From the NCBI GenBank assembly GCA_951406725.2, contig OX597818.1:115196001-115260000 (forward strand): a stretch of 64,000 nucleotides of DNA, written 5' to 3'. Source of the stretch: Octopus vulgaris (Eukaryota). Position 1 is the first letter of the stretch. Each line of letters starts with the position of its first letter. Shown here in pieces: positions 54,926-64,000 of this stretch. The position numbers were made by a program, and so were the translations under genes. The notes beneath the pieces are model-generated. The model saw only the letters and a list, made by a program, of their open reading frames with translations, was not told the DNA's origin and made no database searches.

Positions 54926-55283
54926 TCAACTGTGAATGTGTGCAGAATGTATCTTAGCAGATCCAGTCGGCTGTACTTTACACGCTCTCAGACCAAAGAT
55001 CCAGTCTTTTACTTGACTCGGAAGCAACATGAGAATATTTGCACGTAAATTAGCTACCCAGTAAGGAATATAGCGTATCTTTGGTCTCTCTATACACACA
55101 GCTTCCGCCATCATCTCAACCACTTCGCTGACATTGCTACGGGCTCGTTTCAAGTGTGTCCTAATCGATTTTATGAAACTGTCGAAATATTCTTCGCCAT
55201 ACACTTCGGTGATGTCTTTTGGTGTCTCAGCCCAGCACTTCCTGTTCTTATTTTCAACGCTGTCTTCGTTTACAATTGGAGTC
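54926..55283 (-). CDS. SDR terminal coding exon
   Basis: Acceptor ttaactttgcag, then (K)TPIVNEDSVENKNRKCWAETPKDITEVYGEEYFDSFIKS...RPKIRYIP...LLPSQVKDWIF...HIHS-stop. The W..P....YGEEYF and P..RY pattern is typical of SDR9C C-termini; phase 2 fits the previous exon. Confidence 0.9.
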
Positions 55284-55289
55284 CTGCAA

Positions 55290-55362
<73 letters not shown>

Positions 55363-55363
<1 letters not shown>

Positions 55364-55950
55364 TGTAAGAAGGTCAGGCTTGTGTAGGATGAAAGATTGC
55401 AAAGATAAAGCACTGTACAAGCAATTGAAAACGAATGAAACTGAAAATAAGTAGGTAAAGAAAACAATGCATGGACAATTCCATAGGAATGTTGAAGATA
55501 AGACAGAGAAAAAAATGGCTGTGGATGACTAAAAGTGATTTAAAACCGGAAACGGATGCTCTAATCTGTGCTGCCCAAGAGCAAGCACTAAGAACAAACT
55601 ACATAAAATACAGAATAGACAACACATCAGAAAGTGATAAGTGCAGAATCTGTGGACAAAATGGTGAAACCGTAATGGCATATTAAAAACCAATGTACGC
55701 CACTATCCCAGAAGGAATATAAGAGACGCCACGACAATATAGCCAGGCTTGTCCATTGGACACTTTGCAACAAGTATGGACTTGGCAGGGGGAAAAATTG
55801 GTACAACCACAAACCCGAAGGCATCATCGAAAATGATAATGCAAAAATCCTATGAGAATAGGAAGCCAGACATAATCTTAGTTGAGAAAGAAAACAAACT
55901 ATGCTGGATATAGCATGCCCAGCTGACAACACGGTCTGCGATAAGGAAGT
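55363..55950 (+). mobile_element. Dong/R4-like retrotransposon fragment after a (TAA)n tract, in an SDR intron
   Basis: MHGQFHR, WLWMTKSDLKPETDALICAAQEQALRTNY, CRICGQNGETV.HI...C..L...YKRRHDNIARLVHW: the classic R4-clade zinc knuckle and RHD motif. Confidence 0.88.
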
Positions 55951-55959
55951 TTGTCCATC

Positions 55960-56300
55960 TAGCACTCTGCAGCACTATTGGACGACATGTACCTGCATAT
56001 CCAGGTGCCGAGCTGCAAGTCCAAACAATTCTCCTGGTTAATGTTTCTGTCTGTTACTACCTTGTATTTCCTTAGAGCAGTGCCTGTCACCTCGATGTGT
56101 TTGGTGTCCGACACTATTGCGGTGACGTCATCAGTATATGGAAACACGGATCTTCTGCATCCTAGTTCTTACGGGATGCCCCTCGAAACCTTAATTTCCT
56201 GACGTACAAAATGGAAGAGATGGAACATCCCTGACGGACTGAATGCATTATACTGAACGATTCCGACAATTGACCATTTACTCTGACCACCGAGCAAATG
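55960..56300 (-). mobile_element. Tx1/L1-clade LINE reverse transcriptase fragment
   Basis: Minus strand VRQGCSISSILYV and PYTDDVTAIVSD...INQENCLDLQLGTW, i.e. degenerate QGCPLS, YADD and IN.EKS.GL.LG.W. Confidence 0.7.
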
Positions 56301-57280
56301 TCACTGTACATAGCAGTGAGCTTCTGAAGGTATGCCCGAAATTAGCTCCTTGAAACATTTTGGAACTCTGCATTTAACAGTTATGGGCAGAGTATTATCA
56401 AAGTTGTCCCCCTTGTTCAGGTACTTTCTGTACAACACCACTACACCACAGCTCACATGACAAGGGGTTTTCTCGTTTACTGCCATATGAAGATTTTTAC
56501 CAAACGATCACCAAACAATTTTTGCTAGTAAGGGCAAACCATTCAAGCAAAGCATCCAACTCAGGTGACTACTGTACGCAGCCAGCCAACGTTCCTGTAT
56601 TTCATCCATAACCCCAGTAGAGAGCCGAGGAAAGCAATCGAGGTAGGCTGTAAAACTTACCGCTATATCCACCACCTACACGCCCCAAACAGTTGAGCAA
56701 AGTGCCATAGAAAAGCTACACACATTTGTTTTGAGCAGAGGCCACGTTCCCATCCCCGCCCACAAGACCGTATTATGCTTTTAATGTCACGTTGTTCGTC
56801 TGTCGCTCGTGTGCGTCAAATGGTTTTCATGACGTCAAGTATGAAAGCACACTCCTGACGAAGGGTCACCTCGGATATAGGTTTCAAATTTTGGGACAAG
56901 GCTAGCAATTTTAGTGGGAGGTGAAGGATGTAGGTCGATTATATCATCCCCTACGCTCAGCTGGTACTTATTTTATCGTCTCCTAAAGGATGAAAAACAA
57001 AGTCGGCCTCAGCAGAACTTGAACTCAAAACGTAACGACGGACGAAATATTGCTAAGCATTTTGCCCTGCGTGTTTAACAATTCTGCCAGCTCACTGCCT
57101 TAGGAAACCTTAAACATTATCACAAAATAAAAACAAAATCAAGTATAGTACTAAATGCGGATGTTTGAAATGACTATCATGTTTCTACAACAGTGAAATC
57201 TTTGAATTATAAAGGTATTATAATTATTTCTGAATTTATTTATTCCCCTCTTTTCAAGTGGTTCATAAGTTTATACATAC

Positions 57281-57413
57281 TTGTATAGTCCTGGCTCAAC
57301 CGTTATAACTTTAATTCCAAATTTGTTCATCTCTTGTCGCAATCCATCTGAGAAGGCAATGCATGCAACTTTGGACATAGAGTACGCCGAGAATGCTGGC
57401 AGCGTGAATCGAC
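57281..57413 (-). CDS. SDR catalytic exon (YxxxK), missed by the ORF track
   Basis: Reads (G)RFTLPAFSAYSMSKVACIAFSDGLRQEMNKFGIKVITVEPGLY(K). Acceptor aacaacag, donor aa|gtatgt; 133 bp, phase 1 to phase 2, in frame with both neighbouring exons. Confidence 0.93.
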
Positions 57414-57505
57414 CTGTTGTTAAATAAAATACAACAAATTATATTTCGTTTTTGGATTTGGTTTGCAAGATTCTTTATATCAGTTCGTGTGTTGAAGCAA
57501 AGTCT

Positions 57506-57836
57506 GTTGTGTCTGGGGAAAGTCATTTTCTTTTTGTGCCTTATAATGTAATACACTCACCGGTAAAATTTCCACTTATTTCTTATTTTTATTGTCCTAA
57601 AATTTTCGTTGCATCTTGTAACCTTTTCAATAGTTTTGACTCTAATTTTCCTAAAAACCTTTTCAATACTCTTGACTTTCTTAATTTCCTAAAATTTCCG
57701 TCGTGTCTTGCAAAAAGGTTGCAAGACCCAACGGAAATTTTAGGAAAAAAAAAAAAAAAAATACGTGGAAATTTTACCGGTTAGTGTGTTAAATTATAAG
57801 GCACAAAAAGAGAATGACTCTCCCCAGACACAACAA
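57506..57836. repeat. Imperfect fold-back element in an SDR intron
   Basis: ttgtgtctggggaaagtcatt...accggtaaaatttccac (about 57507-57625) is inverted at about 57717-57836; the spacer holds partial internal duplications. Confidence 0.75.
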
Positions 57837-58436
57837 TAAATTATATAATTAAAAGTAATAGATATTTCTAAACTACAATAGTTTTCTGACAGTTCCTTCA
57901 TTGTCTAATTATATGGTTTTAGTTTTACTTTTAGTCCCACTCTGCAACACCTTAGTAAAGTGTTGTCGACAAAAAACTTGAACCAAAAGATGTCTTCAGA
58001 ATACAATTTGATAAACAGAACGTGTTTAGAGCGACCAAGCTGTTTCTATTCCTAGGTGCTAGATTTAATCCGTTGACCCGTTTCATGCCACCGCTTGACC
58101 CATAGATAACATTTATCGGAATTTATTCTGACGTAAGAATTCGAGAAAAGTCTCCAGTCTAAGGAGAACATTCTCTTTGATTCACCAGCTTTGGAAGTCT
58201 TCCAAATCAGTAACTTGTGTTGGCCTTGTTCCTCTGATTAAGGCATTAAAAATTAAATAAAGCGTGATTACTTGAGACGTAATGCTATGATATAGAGGTA
58301 ACAAAATGGCTGCTATGCGGAAGTTAGCATCTAGTCAGTTCAGGAAGCAGATATTTAAGAACTCATTAGAAATACTTATGTGAAGAAGAACTAAGTTGTG
58401 CGTTGAGAAAAATGCAATATTAGTCTCTGATTAATA

Positions 58437-58437
<1 letters not shown>

Positions 58438-58471
<34 letters not shown>

Positions 58472-58720
58472 GTAACGTCCGTTCTCCATGCCAGCATGGG
58501 GTTGGACGGTTCGACCGGGGTCTGGTAAGCCATGGAGGCTGCACCAGGCTCCAGCCTAGTTTGGCAGTGTTTCTACAGCTGGATGCCCTTCCTAACGCCA
58601 ACCACTCCGAGAGTGAAGTGGGTGTTTTTTACGTGCCGCCGGCACAGGGGCCAGACGAGGCTGGCAAACGGCCACGGTCGGTTGGTGCTTTTACGTGTCA
58701 CCGACACGGACGCCAGATTC
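58438..58720 (-). mobile_element. Retroposon 3' fragment with (ATG)n tail (RTE-associated SINE-like)
   Basis: Minus strand ggttggcgttaggaagggcatccagctgtagaaac motif and a terminal (GAT)n run. Confidence 0.55.
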
Positions 58721-59129
58721 TGGCAAGTGCAAAAGGCAATTCCTGGGTGTTTCGTTTTTATTTGAACGAAAAATATCAGACTTTACTATAATTAGAATTT
58801 AAGCTTCACTGATAAGATTTAACAAGATGAAGAAAATGACCAGAGTTGACTCACATAAATAATTAAATTAAATTAACATCGGTCATTGACTTATTACGTC
58901 TTTTTCTCAACGTTTAATTATTTGTAATTAACTTTTTACTGCTGCACGAAATGTATTAGCATTAACTTAATTATTATTAACCATGTGGCTGCCATTTCTA
59001 AGTAATTCTGTTCTAAAGAATGATGTTAAAGGATTCGTAATGTCACTCTTTTGAATGGCGGATCAACACTCATATCGTATTACAAGCAACAGTTTTCAGG
59101 CTGAACATCCCAGGTCGTCGTCGTCGCCG

Positions 59130-59603
59130 TCTTCTTCTTCTTCCATTTGCCACAAAGAATAATCTCTAATTCGAGCCTACTCTAAGCTACTAAGAATGCG
59201 TGTGACAACTTGAAGATCTACCCACCACACGCGATAGATTAGCGGTTGCACGGGCGCGTAAGCTACGTTGTTATCCTCATTCCGTAAACGGTGGCTTTTA
59301 ATGGGTGAAGAGCTGAACCATCCTGGGGTAGAGAGGATTCGCAATCTAGACTAGGGTCTGAAAGTTTACCACACCATAGTGGGTTACACCACGGTCCCTC
59401 TGCTTTGTGGCAGAAGTAGGAAGAAAGAGTGAGAGAAAGGTGTGGTGAAAGAGTACAGCGGGGTTCACTACCCGCCCTCGACGGAGCATCGTGGAGCTTA
59501 GGTGTTTTTGCTCAATAAACATTCACAAAGCCCGGTCTGGGAATCGAAACTGCATTCTTACGACCGCGAGTCCGCTGCCCTAACTACTGGGCCATTGCGC
59601 CTC
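59130..59603 (-). mobile_element. SINE with type C head and a different tail
   Basis: 59415-59603 matches the type C 5' half; the downstream sequence is unrelated and ends in (GAA)n. The 3' boundary is uncertain. Confidence 0.6.
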
Positions 59604-60221
59604 AACTGCTGCTGTTGTTGGCATCGTTCTTGTTGTTGTTGTTGCTGTTTTGCTTCAGGTCAGTTATGATCAAGTATATTCATGACCTAAAATGTTCCAT
59701 CAGTCGACGTTACTTCTTTATTCCAGATATATTATATCTAAAACTACGATGATAGAGGATTAATAAAGGTTTTGACTTAGTTGATAATTCTAAAAGACCA
59801 GGCGATTGCTTCCGAGCTCCCTAGTGGACTTGGTCAATCGATTTATAACAAACAAGGTGTCTAATTTTACTTTTTAATGTAAAATATGATAGGGAGAAAT
59901 TTTACCGCTAATTCCAGCGTGTCGAGGGATCTAATATAAGATCGCTTCGATTCATTTCCAGAAGTGTTACTGCTTACTCTTAAGTTAGCTCTAGTCAAAC
60001 AGACCAATGTTCAAAGATTTCCCAGTCGAGATAATTCTGTCTTTTGCAGGTATCTTCATCTGCATTATCCAGTGCCATTTACTTTTTCCCTACGAGACAG
60101 AAATATGATTTGAAAGACATCTAGCTGTGGATTCTAACAGGTCGAGCGAAACCACATACAGGATTTTTCTTTGACTCTACTTAAAAGAAATAAGAGAAAA
60201 TGATTAAATTACTCCACTTAC

Positions 60222-60404
60222 CTGCAAGGCTGGCCACATTGACGACTCTGCCTTTTGACTCACGAAGTAAGGGCAAGAAAGCTTTCGTCACACGCACCAT
60301 TCCCATTACATTAACGTTCATGATATGCTGGAATTGGCTAACAGCACAAAATTCAATTTCTGATATTTCGGCAATTCCAGCGTTATTCACAAGAGCCCAC
60401 AGCA
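60222..60404 (-). CDS. Short-chain dehydrogenase/reductase (SDR9C-like, RDH/BDH1/HSD17B2 group), internal exon
   Basis: Encodes LWALVNNAGIAEISEIEFCAVSQFQHIMNVNVMGMVRVTKAFLPLLRESKGRVVNVASLAG (NNAG and GRVVNVxS motifs). Acceptor ttttacag and donor gcag|gtaagt; 183 bp, phase 1 to phase 1. Confidence 0.93.
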
Positions 60405-60439
60405 CTGTAAAAAAAAATAGAAAAGAGAAAAATAAACAC

Positions 60440-60507
<68 letters not shown>

Positions 60508-60861
60508 ATCAGCCATGTGTATTCGATCTTGAATGATTGCTTCGAAACACAAGGCATGATATATGAATATGCAAAGTTAGTGTTTCCACAGCATGAAACT
60601 CTTAATCATACTGTGATTAAATTATATTCATCTCTCACTGGAGGGATTACATTTTTTTGTTGATCCTGTTATTACTGGAACAGTAATCTATTTATCTATG
60701 GATACCCTTTACCGGTCGGTCGGTAGGTAAGTAGGGAAGGTACGTAGGTAGGTTGATAAGTAGATAGCTAGCTAGCTAGCTAGATATCTGATCCACTATA
60801 AGAAAGGTCAACAAAAAAGTACTCTATTCAGTGAGAGATAAATTTCATTTAATATACACGC

Positions 60862-60943
<82 letters not shown>

Positions 60944-62957
60944 ATCAACACAAAACAGGAGTTTATTATGACTAAATATCGTATTTAAAATCTGTTCTAC
61001 TTGGCTTCTTCTGTATACTCTCTGACCTCCAAAGCTAAGGATTCCAGCCAAATAAAACTCCGGCTACGGTACGTGTCCTTCTTAATTTTTCTTTGGATCT
61101 ATAGGAATACACACGGAGTTCTAATACCAGTTATTTTTCGTGTGGTTCAAATCGGTGAGTGCTATGCATAAGGTTTGATCGCATGCCACAAGGTTTCTCA
61201 GGAAGGGGATTTTGGTTCTGTTATTAATTTGCAACAGTCTTCTGATGTTCATTAAGAATATTGATGTGACATCTATGCTGATGCCCGTGGTGGACACCCT
61301 GGATCCATTGGCTGTGGTGGTCTTGTATGTTTGTTGGGATGGCTTCAAGGGATAGGGACACTCACGTAGTTAGAACCGTTAGCATGCCAGGAAAATGCTT
61401 AGCGGCACTTCGTCCGTCTTTACGTTCTGAGTTCAATTTCCGCCGAGGTCGACTTTGCCTATCATCTTTTCGGGGTCGATAAAAAGAGTACCAGTTTAGC
61501 ACTGGGGTCAATGTAATCAGCTTGCCCCTCTCTCCAAAATAGCTGACCATTTGCCAATATTTGAAGCCAAAAGAAGGGAAAAAAAGTTTCGAACTGAAAG
61601 TTATAAAGTACAACGTTTTGGACATAGTACAAAGAAGAGTTCAGGGAAGAAGAAAGAGAACTGAGAGAAGGAGGGAAGAAAAGAGTAAAGAAGGGACAAG
61701 GAAACCTCTGTCAACTGGCCGTCGTTGCATAATCACCTCTCAGCAATTTTCCTATTCTCTAACTCTTTAATTTTTATAAATAATAAAGCAAATAATGAAC
61801 CCATTTTTATTTTACTTTTTCAAGATTCTTCATTGAAAATCTTATAAACATCAGTCTTCTGTTCTTAAAAATAAACGTAGTTTCATATATTATATTTTCA
61901 TTTTATTTAACGTTTAAATTAAGACTATTACCTTCGGGTTGTGTACAGTCATTAGTGAAATAATTATAGACAGCAAAGGATACGAACTTGAGAAACGAAA
62001 ATAGATTTTTTTTTATGTGAAAGCCTTATTAAAAATGTTGAAAATATACACACATCCTCTTTACTCTAGATGTCAAAACCTACACACTGGATGGATAATT
62101 GCTTTTCTATATTCGGTTAAAAGCTTATCGAATACAGTTACGGAAGCTGCACTTAAAATCATCTCAACGAGAAGATTACAAAAATTTAAAAGCTGCGTAC
62201 ACAAAAAACATCTGGCATTATTCTTCCTTAAAAAGGCAGTAAATACGAACTGGACCATTGAAACCTTTCCTTACAAATATCTCGAAAATGGAGCTAGGTT
62301 TCATTCATGTGTGTTATAATCCTTTCTACTGTAAGCACAAGGCCTGAAATTTTGGGAGAGTGGTTTAGTCGATTACATCGACCCCAGTGCTTAACTGGTA
62401 TTTTTCATCGATCTTCAAGGGAATGAAAGGCAAAGTTGACTTCGACAGAATTTGAACTCAGAACGTCGAGCCGGAAGAAACACCGCTTAGCATTTTGCCT
62501 TGCGTGCTAACGATGTTGCTAACTCGCCGCTTTAATGTAACTAAATATTGCTATCGAATTTTTGTACGGGGTCAGTACTTTCCGAGGAGGGGGTCAAGTC
62601 GATTACATCGACCCCAGTGTTCGACTTCTACTTTTTTTTTAGTCTGCGATCCCTCGAAAGTATGCAAGGCAAAGTTGACCTCGGCTGAATTTGAACTCAG
62701 AGCGTAGTCGAGAGAAGACATTATTCAATACCGCTGATTCTTTATTTAGTCAATTCTAGAATGATGAACGGCTAAGTCAACCTTAGTACGATTTGAACAC
62801 AGTTTGTGAAGAGAAATTATTAGAAACATCTGCATCTAATCTGTCCGTATGCCTCTCAGGCTGTGTTTTGAATCTGGACTTTGCACCTGGTCATTCGAAC
62901 TTACTACCAGCGAGCCAGCGAGGAGGCACTATATATGTCCACTACATATTTGCGCGT

Positions 62958-63225
62958 GGAGGCACATGGCCTAGTGGATAGAGTAGCGGACTCGTGGTCA
63001 AGGGATCGCAGGTTCGAATCTCAGACAGGGCGATGCGTGTGTTTATGAGCGAAACACCTAAGCTCCACGCGGCTCCGGCAAAAGGTAATGGCGAAATTCT
63101 GCTGACTCTTTCGCCACAACTTTCTCTCACTCTTTCCTCCTGAATCTTGCAGCTCACCTGCGTCGGACCGGCGTCCCGTCCATGTAGGGGAATTATACGC
63201 CAAGGAAACCGGGAAACCGGCCCAC
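62958..63225 (+). mobile_element. SINE with type C-like head and type E-like tail
   Basis: Tail ggcgtcccgtcc...tacgcc...gaaaccgggaaaccggccc is shared with 51293-51553. Confidence 0.75.
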
Positions 63226-63680
63226 TTTAGATTATTATAAGACATATCCAAAGTGCTAGCATGCAGGATCGAAGCCAGGAATATGTAACAGCCTAATTGG
63301 TCTCTAATTACACGGCAGTGCCTGCACGAGAAGACATGTTTAGAGGATCCTCAAGTACTTTCGTTAGTTCTTCAAAACATGATTGCGTAGATTGTTGCTG
63401 TTTACTGTCGGCACTCGGCTAATACTACTCACAAAATAAATGTTGATTTGGAAGCAATTATTATTAATTGCCTTTCTAATTAAATCCATCCTAATTAATA
63501 CTTAATTGATGCAGCAATGGTGTCAGGGTACTTCCGCTGTGATGAAATATATAAATATAAAGGACACACGTATTGACATATACATACATATACATATATA
63601 TATACATATACATGCATACATACATACACACACATACATATACACATATACAAACATACATATATACATACATACATATA

Positions 63681-63715
<35 letters not shown>

Positions 63716-63753
63716 TGTGTGTGTGTGTGGGTCTGTGTGTGTGTGTGTGTGGT

Positions 63754-64000
63754 GGAGGCGCAATGGCCTAGTGGTTAGGGCAGCGGACTCGAGGTCGTAG
63801 GATCGCGGTTTCGATTCCCAGACCGGGCGTTCTGAATGTTTATTGAGCAAAACCACCTAAAGCTCCACGAGGCCCTGGCAGGGGGTGGTGGCGATCCCTG
63901 CTGTCCTCTTTTGCCACAACTTTGTCTCACACTTTCTTCTGTTGGCCTGCTCACTTAGCCAGCAGGGTGGCGTCATTTGAAGGCTAAAACAATGCGAAGC
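63754..64000 (+). mobile_element. SINE with type C head and another tail (runs off the window)
   Basis: Head matches type C to about 63940, then diverges. Confidence 0.72.

Noticed and set aside
60181-60552. Track ORF taken as a complete 123-aa protein
   Set aside because: Only 60222-60404 is exonic; the rest is intron and TA repeat read in frame.
61121-61348. Possible upstream SDR exon (contains IDVT)
   Set aside because: No TGxxxGxG motif or suitable splice sites; SIDVTSIF looks more like a decayed Penelope RT motif, too weak to call.

Overview
AT-rich, microsatellite-dense animal genomic DNA. The repeat families suggest a cephalopod, probably Octopus (inference). The only host gene I can support is three minus-strand exons (60222-60404, 57281-57413, 54926-55283) encoding the C-terminal part of an SDR9C-type short-chain dehydrogenase (RDH/BDH1/17beta-HSD2-like, NNAG and YSMSK motifs); its Rossmann-motif exon(s) were not found in the window. 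The rest is transposon-derived: at least five tRNA-derived SINE types, R4/Dong-like RLE retrotransposon fragments in (CATA)n or (TAA)n tracts, a Tx1/L1 fragment, two deleted Tc1/mariner elements and three non-autonomous Helitrons. The most interesting signal is a set of unrelated fold-back or tandem elements, mostly in (TA)n tracts, carrying type I hammerhead ribozyme motifs. These include a young head-to-head array of 536-537 bp units with canonical hammerheads whose inversion point lies a few nt from the predicted cleavage site, and recurrent non-canonical cores (U3-A8, U4C). One such element also retains a Penelope-like GIY-YIG C-terminus, pointing to a Penelope/retrozyme-like system. All structures were read by eye; no database search or folding was run.
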